Numbered from the stretch's first letter, positions 7,714-18,276 are shown. The stretch: 64,000 nt of DNA from an uncultured Verrucomicrobiae bacterium (GCA_963772365.1 CAVYXA010000001.1:1248001-1312000), one strand, 5' to 3'. The notes: generated by a model not told the origin, from the sequence alone. Translations and numbers: made by a program.

Positions 7714-9549
7714 TCACTGAATGAGATTCGGATTCGCCGGTTCACCCTTGCTCATCTTGGTTTTGGCGTTGTCGATCTTCTCCGCCAGTTTCTTGTCCTT
7801 GGGATCAAGGGCCAGCGCTTTCTGCCACGATTCCAGCGCCTGAGCCGGGCGATTTAATTTCGAATAAGTATCGCCCAAATGATTGAACACCACCGGATCG
7901 TTATGTGCCATGTTCTGCACGGCTCGCTGCAAATCAGCCAAGGCTTGCTCGAATTTGCCCTGCCGAAATTCCACCCACCCGAGGCTGTCGAGGTAAGCGC
8001 CGTTGCTCGGGTCGCTTTTCACTGCCCGCCGGATCATCTCCTCGGCTTCGGTCAAATGCATATTTTGCTCCGCCCACATGTATCCGAGATAATTGCAGGC
8101 GTCCGCGCAGTTCTCCGGGTCGAGCGCAATCGATCTGCGAAATAATTCGGCCGCTTTGTCGTAAAGGCCTGCTTGCTCAGCCGTCGCGCCATAGTTGAAA
8201 TAGAATTTCGAATTGACCATTTCGTTACCCTGGAGCTCGGCTTCGTGCAAAGCTTCGGCGAACATGGCCATCGCTTGTTGCGGCTGTTTCGCTTCTCTTT
8301 GGGCCAATGCCAGATAATAGGAAATCTCCGGGATGCCTGGGAAACGGCGGCGTGCTTCGCTCAAAACTTTGACGGCTCGATCTGCATCCCTTACGGCTCC
8401 GAGGAGCAGTTCCGCCAATCGCAGATAGGTGGTGACGTGCGTTGGATTAATGAGCAGGCTCTGTTCGTAATTGGCGGCGGCTTTGGCAAAAAAGGCTTTG
8501 GCCTGCTCGGCCTGGTTCGCCCGGTCCAAGGAACGTCCCTCGTCATCCTGCACCTGGGCGAGCAATTCGTATGGCTGAAATTTTGCCGGTTGCTGCTTAA
8601 TGATTTCTTCCAGTGTCTCGATTGCCTTGGTCCGTTGATTGGTCAGAACAAAGCCGGTGGCGAGTTTTTCCCGCGCGTTGGCGTCGTCGGGCTCTAGTTC
8701 GAGCACTCGCAAGTACAGCGGGATCGCTTCTTTGATTTGCTGCGTCGCGGCATAATAATCCGCCACATCCTTTAGCACCTCGGGATCATCTCCAGCGTTT
8801 TCGGCAGCTTTTTTGAAAACCGAATTCACCCGCTCGAGCTCGGCCGGTTCCGGCGTCGAATCGTTCTGGAACAGAATTGAAGCGTACAACTTCCCCAGTT
8901 GCGACCAAAAGGCTGGATCTTTGCTTTGCACCTTGAGCGCGCGGTCGAGCGATTCGAGCGCTTTTTTATCTTCACCGGCAGCGACGCGAATTTCGTAAAG
9001 CCGCTGATAAGCGTCGATGTTTTGCGGATCGAGATGGATCGCTTGATTCGCGTAATCGACGGCCTGATCGGTCCGCTTCAAATACTTCGCGTAGATGAAC
9101 GCGAGCTGCAGATAAGGCCGGGCATCTTTCGGGTTCGCCTTGACCGTGTCCTTCAGAACATCAATTGCCTGGGGATAATCGCCCTGTCGGCTTAACAAGC
9201 CTGCCACGCGCACCGCAAGCTCCGACTGACCAGGATCGACATTGAGGACTTTGCGATACGCGGCCAGCGCCTTCTCCATTTCTCCCTCTTCTTCCAACGC
9301 GTTACCCTCGACAAAATAAGAGAGCGCCTCGGCCTTGTGCACACCTTCGGGGCGCAAGATTAAATCTTTGGCCGGCACGCGATCGAAAGAATCGTCCTGC
9401 CGACCGACACTCCTTTTGGTCGCGACGGACGACTCAAGCGGCGTTGCTTGCGATGTGGCCGCCGGCGCAAGTTTCCCCCAGGCTAAAAGCAAAAGGAGAA
9501 CAGTTAGACAAAAAAGAGGCCGGAGACCCGCGTGCTTCAGCTCCGTCAT
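7714..9549 (-). CDS. Secreted TPR protein
   Basis: Signal peptide, many TPRs, C-terminal NYLGYMWAE...AYLDSLGWV. Confidence 0.88.
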   Translation of the reverse strand: MTELKHAGLRPLFCLTVLLLLLAWGKLAPAATSQATPLESSVATKRSVGRQDDSFDRVPAKDLILRPEGVHKAEALSYFVEGNALEEEGEMEKALAAYRKVLNVDPGQSELAVRVAGLLSRQGDYPQAIDVLKDTVKANPKDARPYLQLAFIYAKYLKRTDQAVDYANQAIHLDPQNIDAYQRLYEIRVAAGEDKKALESLDRALKVQSKDPAFWSQLGKLYASILFQNDSTPEPAELERVNSVFKKAAENAGDDPEVLKDVADYYAATQQIKEAIPLYLRVLELEPDDANAREKLATGFVLTNQRTKAIETLEEIIKQQPAKFQPYELLAQVQDDEGRSLDRANQAEQAKAFFAKAAANYEQSLLINPTHVTTYLRLAELLLGAVRDADRAVKVLSEARRRFPGIPEISYYLALAQREAKQPQQAMAMFAEALHEAELQGNEMVNSKFYFNYGATAEQAGLYDKAAELFRRSIALDPENCADACNYLGYMWAEQNMHLTEAEEMIRRAVKSDPSNGAYLDSLGWVEFRQGKFEQALADLQRAVQNMAHNDPVVFNHLGDTYSKLNRPAQALESWQKALALDPKDKKLAEKIDNAKTKMSKGEPANPNLIQ

Positions 9550-9652
9550 GTTTTGCCGAATCTAACTGTGGAGATTGGCCTCCGCAAACCCAGCGAACCG
9601 CCGGCTTGGGTTCTGTTTGCAGTGATTTCGCCGCTCAGGCATCTTTGGCGCG

Positions 9653-11353
9653 GTGCAATATAACGAAGAGTACGTGCTTAAGCTCCTCGAAGACACGGGA
9701 CTTATTACCCCTCAGCAGATCGAGAAAGCACGCTCGCAATTGAACGGCGAGAAAGTGATCGACGTTCTGATTCGGGAAGGCGTCATATCCGATACCGACG
9801 TTTCGCGCTCGTTGGCGGCACAGGCCCACATGGATTGGATCGACATCTCTTCCATCGTCATTCCGCCAGAGGTAATTGCAGAAATTCGGGCCCAGGAAGC
9901 GCGCCGGTTCAAAGTGATACCGGTGGCGTTCGGCGAAACCGGGTTGGTTGTGGCCGTCAGCGATCCGCTCGATATCAACACCATCGACAGCCTCAGTTTT
10001 CTGCTGCAACGCGAGATCGAGCTGGTTTGCAGCAGCCCGGAAAAAATTCGCGAGGCCCTGGTCAAATATTATGGTACCGCGGAAGAGGCAGCCGACGTGA
10101 TCCGGCAAAAAATCGGCGAAGATGTCGATCTTGAGCTGGAACTTCCGGGCGCGGGTGAAATCGCCGAAGGCAACGAAACCGACGCGCCGATTGTTCGGAT
10201 GGTGTCGATGTTACTGGTCGAAGCGTATCGGCTTCGGGCCAGCGATATTCACCTGGAACCACTCGACAAAAAATTTCGTGTTCGCTTCCGGATCGACGGA
10301 GTTCTTCAGGAAATGCAGGCGCCGCCCAAGCGTTTGCAGTCGGCGATTGTCAGCCGGATCAAAATCATGACCGGCTCGATGAGCATCGCCGAAAAACGTT
10401 TGCCGCAGGATGGGCGGATTCGGGTAAAGATCAAAAAAAAGCCGCTCGACTTGCGTGTCTCGACGATTCCCACGAATCACGGCGAGAGCGTGGTGATGCG
10501 ATTGCTCGACAAATCGAGCCTGCTCCTCGGCCTGCCGGAGCTCGGTTTTTTCAGCGATGATCAGGAAACGTTCGAGCGCCTGATCAAATTGCCCGACGGG
10601 ATTCTGCTCGTGACCGGTCCGACCGGTTCCGGAAAAACGACGACCCTCTACGCCTGCTTGAATTACGTGAACAAACCCGATCGGAAGATCATCACGGTGG
10701 AAGAGCCTATCGAATATCAAATGACGGGCATCAACCAGGTCCAGGTGAATCCGGAGATCGGGATGACGTTTCCGGCTGCGTTGCGGTCGATGCTTCGACA
10801 GGCGCCCAATATCATCATGATTGGTGAGATTCGGGATACGGAAACGGCGAACATCGCCACCAACGCGAGCCTGACTGGTCATCTCGTGTTCAGTACACTG
10901 CACACAAATGACGCGCCTTCGGCAGTGGCCCGTTTAATCGACATCGGCGTGCAACCATTTCTCGTTGCCTCTTCCGTTCGAGCCATCATGGCCCAGCGGC
11001 TTGTCCGGCGACTCTGTTCAAACTGCAAGAAACCTGCGGAGCTGACGGAAACTCAAATGCGGGCACTCCGAATCGAGCCGGGCCAGATCGGCGACGCGCA
11101 AGTGATGGAACCGGTCGGCTGCGATCAGTGCCGGGAGACTGGGTACAAAGGCCGGATGGGTATCTTCGAAATCTTTACCATCGACGACGACGTCCGCCAC
11201 ATGATCAACAAACGGAGCCCAACTTTGCATTTGCGGCAACGCGCTCGCGAGCTCGGTATGCGCACATTGCGCGAAGACGGCATGCGCAAAGTTCTGGCCG
11301 GCCTCACTTCTGCCGATGAAGTAATTTCCACAACCGTAAGAGACGTGAGCTGA
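9653..11353 (+). CDS. GspE/PilB family assembly ATPase (paralog 1)
   Basis: ASDIHLEP, RLPQDG, GPTGSGKT, LRQAPNIIMIGEIRD, TLHTND, CxxC...CxxC. Confidence 0.93.
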   Translation: MQYNEEYVLKLLEDTGLITPQQIEKARSQLNGEKVIDVLIREGVISDTDVSRSLAAQAHMDWIDISSIVIPPEVIAEIRAQEARRFKVIPVAFGETGLVVAVSDPLDINTIDSLSFLLQREIELVCSSPEKIREALVKYYGTAEEAADVIRQKIGEDVDLELELPGAGEIAEGNETDAPIVRMVSMLLVEAYRLRASDIHLEPLDKKFRVRFRIDGVLQEMQAPPKRLQSAIVSRIKIMTGSMSIAEKRLPQDGRIRVKIKKKPLDLRVSTIPTNHGESVVMRLLDKSSLLLGLPELGFFSDDQETFERLIKLPDGILLVTGPTGSGKTTTLYACLNYVNKPDRKIITVEEPIEYQMTGINQVQVNPEIGMTFPAALRSMLRQAPNIIMIGEIRDTETANIATNASLTGHLVFSTLHTNDAPSAVARLIDIGVQPFLVASSVRAIMAQRLVRRLCSNCKKPAELTETQMRALRIEPGQIGDAQVMEPVGCDQCRETGYKGRMGIFEIFTIDDDVRHMINKRSPTLHLRQRARELGMRTLREDGMRKVLAGLTSADEVISTTVRDVS

Positions 11354-11366
11354 TGAAGATTCGTTT

Positions 11367-11424
11367 TCCCTCACCCGGCGACTTCGTTGTCCCCCTCTCC
11401 CAATGGGAAAGGGTTGGGGTGAAG
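11367..11424. repeat. CCCTCACCC/CCCTCTCCC-type palindromic repeat
   Basis: CCCTCACCC...CCCTCTCCCAATGGGAAAGGG..GGGGTGAAGG nested inverted repeat between the two ATPase genes. Confidence 0.6.
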
Positions 11425-11434
11425 GCCATCTATC

Positions 11435-13123
11435 GTGAACGCTAAACAGCTTGCCGAGCTTTTCGTCGAACAACGCGTCCTCGAGCGATCTCAAGCAGAG
11501 GAAGTGGTGAACGAAGTCGAGCTCAACGGAAAAACCTTCGAGCAGGCAATGATCGACGGCGGTTATGTCGACCAATTCGGATTTTATCAAACCGTGGCCG
11601 ATGCGCTTGGCACTGAGTTTGTCGATCTTATCAATAAAGAAATCGCGCCGGAGATTTTGCGTTTGATTCCAAGCGGGCTAGCTCGTTTGCACCGGGCACT
11701 TCCGGTTTCGTTGAGCGGAAATACTTTGCGGGTCGCTCTGGTCGATCCTCTCGAACCGCGCACAGCCGAAGATCTTCGATTCGCTCTGGATAAAGATGTC
11801 GATGTTGTTGTCGCTCCAACCGAGCAAATTGAGGAGCGAATCAAGAATTTCTACGGCACGGAGACCGCGAGCATCGAGGAAATCCTCCAGCAACTGGGTG
11901 AGGCCGGCGATCTTCTTCAATTACGCGAGGCGGACGATGCCGCCGCGGCGGTCGAAGCCGAGGCAAACGCGACTCCGATCATTCGCTTTGTCGATCTAAT
12001 TCTTTATCAAGCCATCCAAGACCGCGCCAGCGACATCCATTTCGAGCCGTTCGAAAACGAATTCAAAATCCGCTATCGCGTCGATGGCGCACTGTACGAA
12101 ATGTCGCCGCCGCCGCGCCATCTGGCTTTGCCGGTGATTTCGCGGGTCAAGGTAATGGCCAACATGAACATCGCCGAGCGCCGCTTGCCGCAGGATGGAC
12201 GGATCCAAAAAAATATCGCCGGGCGCAGTGTCGACCTTCGGGTGTCGACCTTGCCTACGCAATTCGGAGAAAGCCTGGTCTTGCGCGTTCTCGACCGCTC
12301 GACCGTGAATCTGGATTTGGAGATGCTCGGCATGCCCGATTACATCCTGGAGGCCGTTCTGGAAATCATTCAACGGCCAAACGGAATTTTCATTGCTACC
12401 GGTCCGACCGGTTCTGGAAAAACGACGACGCTTTATTCCTGTCTGCGGAAAATCAACACAATCGATTCCAAATTGCTCACCGCAGAAGAACCCGTGGAAT
12501 ATGATTTGGAAGGAATCGTGCAGGTGCCGGTAAATGAAAGCATCGGGCTGACCTTCGCCCGGGCGCTCCGTGCCTTCCTGCGACAGGATCCAGACCGGAT
12601 CATGATCGGCGAAACCCGCGACTTGGAGACGGCGCAGATCGCTATGCAAGCTTCGCTCACGGGGCACCTTGTTTTCACAACGCTGCATACAAATGATGCG
12701 CCCGGCGCGGTCACGCGCTTGATCGACATGGGAGTCGAGCCATTTCTAATTTCATCGACGCTCGAGGCAGTTTTGGGCCAGCGATTGTTGCGCCGGATTT
12801 GCACGGGGTGTCGCACGACTTATCAGCCGAACAACGCCTTGCTCGCCCAACTCGATCTTTCCCGACGCGACATTGGCGAGAAAGAATTTCATTACGGGAA
12901 AGGATGCGAGAACTGCAATCAAACCGGTTACAAGGGACGAATCGGCATTTACGAATTGATGAGGATCACCGATCCGCTGCGGGAATTAATCAACGAACGA
13001 GCGCCTACAGTCGCGTTAAGACAAAAAGCGATCGAGTTGGGAATGGTGGCGCTGCGTCAGGATGGATTGCGCAGCATTTTCGCCGGCGACACTACAGTCG
13101 AGGAAGTGCTGAAATACACGTGA
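11435..13123 (+). CDS. pilB: GspE/PilB family assembly ATPase (paralog 2)
   Basis: ASDIHFEP, GPTGSGKT, LRQDPDRIMIGETRD, zinc-binding cysteines; directly upstream of pilC. Confidence 0.92.
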   Translation: MNAKQLAELFVEQRVLERSQAEEVVNEVELNGKTFEQAMIDGGYVDQFGFYQTVADALGTEFVDLINKEIAPEILRLIPSGLARLHRALPVSLSGNTLRVALVDPLEPRTAEDLRFALDKDVDVVVAPTEQIEERIKNFYGTETASIEEILQQLGEAGDLLQLREADDAAAAVEAEANATPIIRFVDLILYQAIQDRASDIHFEPFENEFKIRYRVDGALYEMSPPPRHLALPVISRVKVMANMNIAERRLPQDGRIQKNIAGRSVDLRVSTLPTQFGESLVLRVLDRSTVNLDLEMLGMPDYILEAVLEIIQRPNGIFIATGPTGSGKTTTLYSCLRKINTIDSKLLTAEEPVEYDLEGIVQVPVNESIGLTFARALRAFLRQDPDRIMIGETRDLETAQIAMQASLTGHLVFTTLHTNDAPGAVTRLIDMGVEPFLISSTLEAVLGQRLLRRICTGCRTTYQPNNALLAQLDLSRRDIGEKEFHYGKGCENCNQTGYKGRIGIYELMRITDPLRELINERAPTVALRQKAIELGMVALRQDGLRSIFAGDTTVEEVLKYT

Positions 13124-13135
13124 GCTTTCGACGAC

Positions 13136-13233
13136 TTAACGATTTAGCGAGTCAGGGATTTAGTGATTCAGATGGACTGGCGGGCGCACTTTCGCTTCAA
13201 TCGCTAACTCATTGAATCGTTAAATCATTAAAT
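13136..13233. repeat. Inverted arrays of degenerate 8-bp tandem repeats (TTARYGAT), no enclosed gene
   Basis: Left TTAACGAT/TTAGCGAG/TCAGGGAT/TTAGTGAT; right ATCGCTAA/CTCATTGA/ATCGTTAA/ATCATTAA. Confidence 0.75.
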
Positions 13234-13239
13234 TCCATC

Positions 13240-14532
13240 ATGCCACGCTTCACTTATGTCGCTCTAGATTCGCGTGGTCAGGAATCGACCGGCCTGGTCG
13301 AAGCCAGTACTTCCAGCGAAGCGATCGGCCAATTGCGGCAGGCCGGTTTTTTCCCGACCAGCGTTTACGAGGAAGGCCAAGCCGGGGGTCGCGATGGAAA
13401 AACGGCGCGCAAATCGGCCAAAGCGAATCGTGCGCCGCGAACCAACCTTGCATCCAAAGAAATCACGCTATTCCAGCGCAAGAAAATCAAACCGAAAGTC
13501 TTGATGATTTTCACCCGTCAACTTGCGACCCTGATCGATTCCGGGCTTCCGCTTCTGCGGAGCCTCAATGTTCTTTCGAAACAGGAACGCGATTCCGTTT
13601 TGAAAAAGACCATCGACAAGGTGGCCGACTCAGTCCAAGGCGGGAATACCTTTTCCGACAGTCTCGCCCAACATCCGCTGATCTTTAACGATCTCTACGT
13701 GAACATGGTGAAAGCGGGCGAGCTGGGTGGTGTTCTCGAAGTTGTGCTCAAACGGCTGGCGGAGTTTCAGGAGAAAGCGGCCAAGATCAAGAACAAGGTC
13801 GCCTCGGCCATGGTTTATCCGAGCATTGTGCTGACGATGGCTGTCGCCATCCTGTCTTTCTTGTTAGTGTTCATTGTCCCAAGATTTGAAACAATTTTTC
13901 ACGAGATGCTCGGCGATAAGCCGCTCCCGGCCGTTACGCTGCTGGTCATCGGCATAAGCGGTTTTGTGAAAAATCACATTTTTGCTCTGCTGGGCGGGAT
14001 TGTGGCGCTGATTGCGGTTTACAAATTCATGGCTCGCACCAGCAGCGGAAGAATCATTGTCGATGAAATGAAACTCCATCTTCCGCTTTTCGGGGACCTG
14101 CTTCGCAAGACGGCGATCTCACGTTTTGCCCGGACCCTCGGCACGCTGGTCACGAGCGGTGTTCCCATTTTACAGGCGCTCAATATAACCCGGGAGACAG
14201 CGGGCAATACCGTGATTGCGCGCGCCATCGCAAAAGTACATGACAGCGTGAAAGAAGGCGAATCGATCGTCCAACCGCTCGAAGCCAGCCGGGCGTTTCC
14301 ACCGATAGTGATTAGCATGGTTGACGTCGGCGAAGAAACCGGTCAGCTCCCGGAAATGCTTCTCAAGGTCGCGGACGTCTTTGACGACGAAGTGGACACA
14401 TCCGTGGCCAGACTCACGGCCATGCTGGAACCGATCATGATTGTTTTTCTCGCCGTGATCGTGGGCACGATCGTCATTGCTCTCTTCATGCCGCTCATCA
14501 GCATCATCAGTGGATTACAGGAAAAAACGTAA
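13240..14532 (+). CDS. pilC: Type IV pilus/T2SS platform protein PilC/GspF
   Basis: FTRQLATLIDSGLPL, MVKAGELGG, GEETGQL, LEPIMIV. Confidence 0.93.
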   Translation: MPRFTYVALDSRGQESTGLVEASTSSEAIGQLRQAGFFPTSVYEEGQAGGRDGKTARKSAKANRAPRTNLASKEITLFQRKKIKPKVLMIFTRQLATLIDSGLPLLRSLNVLSKQERDSVLKKTIDKVADSVQGGNTFSDSLAQHPLIFNDLYVNMVKAGELGGVLEVVLKRLAEFQEKAAKIKNKVASAMVYPSIVLTMAVAILSFLLVFIVPRFETIFHEMLGDKPLPAVTLLVIGISGFVKNHIFALLGGIVALIAVYKFMARTSSGRIIVDEMKLHLPLFGDLLRKTAISRFARTLGTLVTSGVPILQALNITRETAGNTVIARAIAKVHDSVKEGESIVQPLEASRAFPPIVISMVDVGEETGQLPEMLLKVADVFDDEVDTSVARLTAMLEPIMIVFLAVIVGTIVIALFMPLISIISGLQEKT

Positions 14533-14564
14533 ATCCAATGACGCCCCATGATCTCATGAATGCT

Positions 14565-14739
14565 GCTGTCATGTTGAGCGAAACGAAACATCTCAATCTA
14601 TTCTTGGAGCGACAATTACAGAAATAAGCGGGGATTGAACTCGTTCGTCTCCCGACTCACTCGCCGCTACCCTCGCGGCCTTACAGTCCATGTCGCTCAT
14701 CCCATTCGCTCCATTCTTCGCTGCGCTCAGAATGACAGC
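14565..14739. repeat. REP/MITE-like element, family B (GTCAT..GAGCGAA / TTCGCT..GCTC..ATGAC)
   Basis: Terminal inverted repeats; relatives at 18187-18269, 20679-20718 (half) and 44837-44926. Confidence 0.75.
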
Positions 14740-14740
14740 T

Positions 14741-15319
14741 ATGAGATGTCTTCAACGGCTTGAATGCATTAGCGATACGGCCAAGCGAAATAGATTCAAC
14801 GTCCGCGACCGTGGCTTCACGTTGATCGAAATTTTGGTTGTCATCGCCATCATTCTCGTGCTGGCGGGATTGATCCTGAGCACAGCGGGCTACGTTCAAA
14901 AGAAAGCTGCGCGTTCCCGGGCCGAAACCGAGATCGCCGCCATGTCCGCCGCGCTGGAAAGTTACAAGGCGGATAATGGCATCTATCCTACCGACCATGA
15001 CAGAACGGAAAACGTTAATCCCGACGATCCACCACCCGCAACCGCCAGTCAGTTTCTCTATGAGCAACTTAGCGGAGATGCAAACGATGACCGAACCGCG
15101 GAAGGAAAATCATATTTTACATTCAAGCCAAATATGCTGAGTCCCCTCGATCAATCGGAAATGGTGCAGTACATCCGCGATCCGTTCGGCAATCCCTATG
15201 GCTACTCGACAGCTCGAGCGACCGGACAGATCTACGGATACAATCCCACATTTGATCTCTGGAGCAAAGCCAATGCAGACCCGGCCACTGATCAACGCCA
15301 GTGGATCAAAAACTGGTAG
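14741..15319 (+). CDS. Prepilin/pseudopilin (GspG-like)
   Basis: Class III signal G|FTLIEILVVIAII; ALESYKADNGIYP, DPFGNPYGY, FDLWS; start uncertain. Confidence 0.88.
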   Translation: MRCLQRLECISDTAKRNRFNVRDRGFTLIEILVVIAIILVLAGLILSTAGYVQKKAARSRAETEIAAMSAALESYKADNGIYPTDHDRTENVNPDDPPPATASQFLYEQLSGDANDDRTAEGKSYFTFKPNMLSPLDQSEMVQYIRDPFGNPYGYSTARATGQIYGYNPTFDLWSKANADPATDQRQWIKNW

Positions 15320-15349
15320 GCGACACAAGTAGCTGCGATTGCCGCTAAG

Positions 15350-15528
15350 AAAGCGACGCGATGCACGTCGCACTCCCAAAGCTTCGCAAAATAGGATCGA
15401 CAGCGACCTTGTCCATTCAAAAGCGGCGCGAGGACGCGCACACACTCCTAAAGCTTCGCAAAATGTAAAGTCTGTCTCGGTTTCGGACGCAGTCCTTTCG
15501 GAGTGCGATGCGTCCTCGCATCGCTTTT
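15350..15528. repeat. REP-like cluster, family A (two direct units and one inverted)
   Basis: Homologous to 4206-4316, including the spacer TTTCGGACGCAGTCCTTT. Confidence 0.85.
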
Positions 15529-15570
15529 CCCAGCGAATGCAACTCGCCACTCGGCAAACCCGGCCCAGTC

Positions 15571-16635
15571 CTACCGCTCGTTGGTGTGTACGACGATCTC
15601 GACCCGCCGATTTGGTTGTTGCCGTGCAATCTCATAATCGGTTTCTCCTGCGTAAGAATTAGGCTGGACGACGAATTTCGTTTGACCGTAGCCGCGAGTC
15701 TCGATTTGCGCCGGATTGATTCCCATCACATAAACCAAATACGTTTTTACGCTCTCAGCCCGCCGTTGGCTCAGATCGAGATTGTAATCCGGCGGCCCAA
15801 ACGAATCGGTATAGCCTTCGACTGTGAACGTTGCCTTCGGATTTCGCCGGATCAGCGTGCCGAGCTTTTGCAATTGGGCGATCGCGCTCGGCTGCAAATC
15901 CGCACTGTCGTATCGGAAAAGCTGGTCGTCCGGCATCCGCAATTTGGTCCCCGATCCGAGCGGTCCTTTCTGCGACAGTAACTGATCGAGATCGCTGAAA
16001 CCGGGCGCGCGTCCCTTGTTAGGCCCGGCGCTGTCCGCCGGGATCTTACTCGTAAACGTGTTCGGTTTTTTAATCGTCGTGCTCGTGGCCAATTCGTTAC
16101 CATCCAGGGCCGGTTGCGGACGCCCCGAAATCACCGAGTCGTTCAGCAGCGATTGCTCGTGGATCGCGTTCGGACTGTCAGAAAGTGATTGCGCCGTGCT
16201 GCGTTCGATCTCGCTCATCACCGATGTCGCGTCCGGCTGTTCCACTTTCGGCTTATCCGGCAATACATCGCGCGTGTCGTCCGGCATTGCCGCACTGGCT
16301 TGAATGTCCTGCAAAAGTTTGTCGAACGATTTCTTCTCGTCCGGCAATTGCACGTCGGTCTTATCCGGCTCCGGTTTCGCCGCCGGATTTATTGTATCGA
16401 CGCTGTTCTTGTCGATGTTCGGATTTACATCAACGCTTCTTACCTTGAACGTCGCCGTCTGCTCTGGCTTGGTGATAGCTGCTTCCAAGGGCTGAAATCG
16501 TGTTCGATAAAACCAGAAGCAAAGCGCCAAATGCAACGCGAGCGAAACGATCAGCCCAACGAAGAGCCAGTTGCGTTGCTTTCCCCCGCTGACTAGCGCC
16601 TGATACCCGATATCATCAATCTCCCGAACATTCAT
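15571..16635 (-). CDS. OmpA/MotB-like peptidoglycan-binding protein with N-terminal TM
   Basis: VEGYTDSFG..YNLDLSQRRAESV...NRRVEI. Confidence 0.9.
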   Translation of the reverse strand: MNVREIDDIGYQALVSGGKQRNWLFVGLIVSLALHLALCFWFYRTRFQPLEAAITKPEQTATFKVRSVDVNPNIDKNSVDTINPAAKPEPDKTDVQLPDEKKSFDKLLQDIQASAAMPDDTRDVLPDKPKVEQPDATSVMSEIERSTAQSLSDSPNAIHEQSLLNDSVISGRPQPALDGNELATSTTIKKPNTFTSKIPADSAGPNKGRAPGFSDLDQLLSQKGPLGSGTKLRMPDDQLFRYDSADLQPSAIAQLQKLGTLIRRNPKATFTVEGYTDSFGPPDYNLDLSQRRAESVKTYLVYVMGINPAQIETRGYGQTKFVVQPNSYAGETDYEIARQQPNRRVEIVVHTNER

Positions 16636-17405
16636 GATCGGACATTAGACAACGCGCTGCCGTTTCGCGTTCGCTCAATAAATGCCCGGGCCGCACGCCG
16701 GATCTCCTCGGCCACACGCGCTTCAGGCGAAACAAACTTTGGGGTAAACCATGGAAAAAAACCGATCAGGTCGTGCGTCACCAGAATCTGGCCGTCGCAA
16801 TGTTCTCCCGAGCCGATACCGATGGTGGGAATACTGATCGCGCTTGTGATTTGTTTCGCGATGTCCGCCGCTACAATTTCCAGCACGACCGAAAACGCAC
16901 CCGCTTTCTCAACCGCTCGCGCATCAGCCAGCAACGCCTCGGCTTCGGATTGCGTCCGTCCTTTGACCTTGTAGCCACCTTCTTCGCGAACGCTTTGCGG
17001 TAACATTCCAATGTGCGCCATGAACGGAATCCCTGCGTTCGTAATCGTTTCGATTTGCCGAATGCGAGCAGTGCCGCCTTCAAGTTTCACCGCTTGCGCG
17101 CCAACATCGACAAAACGCTTTGCCGTCTCCAGTGCGTGCTCAGCAGTCTCGTAGGTATGAATTGGCATGTCCGCTACGAGCAGCGCCTGCTTCACCCCGC
17201 GCGCGACCGCGCGAGTATGATGCAACATTTCATCCAGTGTCACGCTCGTGGTGTCCTCGTAACCGAGGACGACCATCCCCATGGAATCGCCAACCAAAAT
17301 GATGTCGATTCCGCTCTCATCCAGCAGGCGCGCTGTCGGATAATCGTAAGCCGTTAACGCGGTGATTTTCTCACCGCGCTGTTTCATAGCTCGAAAATCT
17401 TTCAT
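16632..17405 (-). CDS. panB: 3-methyl-2-oxobutanoate hydroxymethyltransferase
   Basis: LTAYDY, LVGDSMG, AVKLEGG, PTIGIGSG..CDGQILV; start set at MKDFR. Confidence 0.96.
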   Translation of the reverse strand: MKDFRAMKQRGEKITALTAYDYPTARLLDESGIDIILVGDSMGMVVLGYEDTTSVTLDEMLHHTRAVARGVKQALLVADMPIHTYETAEHALETAKRFVDVGAQAVKLEGGTARIRQIETITNAGIPFMAHIGMLPQSVREEGGYKVKGRTQSEAEALLADARAVEKAGAFSVVLEIVAADIAKQITSAISIPTIGIGSGEHCDGQILVTHDLIGFFPWFTPKFVSPEARVAEEIRRAARAFIERTRNGSALSNVRS

Positions 17406-17414
17406 CAACAACAC

Positions 17415-17630
17415 TGTAGGGGAAGCTGACAGCTTCCCCGCGAATCTGCAACTGAGCCGTGAACCGCGGTTTCCGGGGAGCGCACGCATTCTGCGTGCTG
17501 GTGAAGGCATTCTGCCTTCACGAAATTTAGGGACGAATGGACATCGCGAATCATTGGGGAATCGATTAGGTCTGGAAAGTTCGCCTCTTTAAAATACGGC
17601 GGCCAGCACTCTGTAAGCGTGCGCTCCCCC
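17415..17630. repeat. GTAG-type REP hairpin plus GGGAGCGCACGC/GCGTGCGCTCCC inverted pair
   Basis: TGTAGGGGAAGCTGACAGCTTCCCC (copy at 37438-37465); inverted pair spanning 17475-17630. Confidence 0.75.
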
Positions 17631-17673
17631 CAATCCCACACGCGCGCTTGCGTAGTAGAATGCGCGGCAACAT

Positions 17674-18174
17674 CTACCATTCACTGCGAAACCGCGCGAC
17701 GCCGCTCTGTTCTTTGATTCCGCCGAGCAGCTCGCGAGCGCTTTGGGTTTGGCCGGGAAAAACGAAATCGGGAGCAATATCGGCAAGCGGTTGCAGAACA
17801 AACTTCCTGTCCTGCATTCGAGGATGCGGAAGCCGCAATTCTTCGCTGTCGACCCTGACATCGCCCGCATAAAGCAGATCGATGTCGATCTGACGCGAAA
17901 CATTGCGCGGATGATTAGAAGGACGCCCGAGAGCATTTTCGATCTCGCGCAATTTTTTCAACAGCGCAAAAGGGTCGCCCGAATAATCGAACTCGATCAC
18001 CGCATTCAAGAATTTGCCGGCGCCCGGTTCGCAATTCACGGCATCCGTCTCGTAAACTGCTGAGGAAAGGATCGGCTGTTCGACACCGGGAAGATCGACA
18101 ATCGCTTCGCGCGCCGCGCGCAGATTCGCCAGTCGATCGCCAAGATTTGACCCTAGAGCAACGGCGGTTCTCAT
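17674..18174 (-). CDS. folK: 2-amino-4-hydroxy-6-hydroxymethyldihydropteridine diphosphokinase
   Basis: ALGSNLGDR, RQIDIDLL, LPHPRM..RKFVLQPL. Confidence 0.96.
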   Translation of the reverse strand: MRTAVALGSNLGDRLANLRAAREAIVDLPGVEQPILSSAVYETDAVNCEPGAGKFLNAVIEFDYSGDPFALLKKLREIENALGRPSNHPRNVSRQIDIDLLYAGDVRVDSEELRLPHPRMQDRKFVLQPLADIAPDFVFPGQTQSARELLGGIKEQSGVARFRSEW

Positions 18175-18186
18175 GATTCTTACCCA

Positions 18187-18269
18187 GTCATGTCGAGCGA
18201 AGTCGAGACATCCCGCGGACCAACCCTTAGGGCAACATCACGGGATTCCTCGACTTCGCTCGGAATGAC
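18187..18269. repeat. REP/MITE-like element, family B
   Basis: GTCATGTCGAGCGAAGTCGAGACATCCCG / CGGGATTCCTCGACTTCGCTCGGAATGAC. Confidence 0.8.
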
Positions 18270-18276
18270 GAGTTCG

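Noticed and set aside
9653..13123. Tandem PilB/GspE paralogs as a novel system
   Set aside because: Both are ordinary secretion ATPases in a pilC/pilin context, and multiple paralogs are unremarkable in PVC bacteria.
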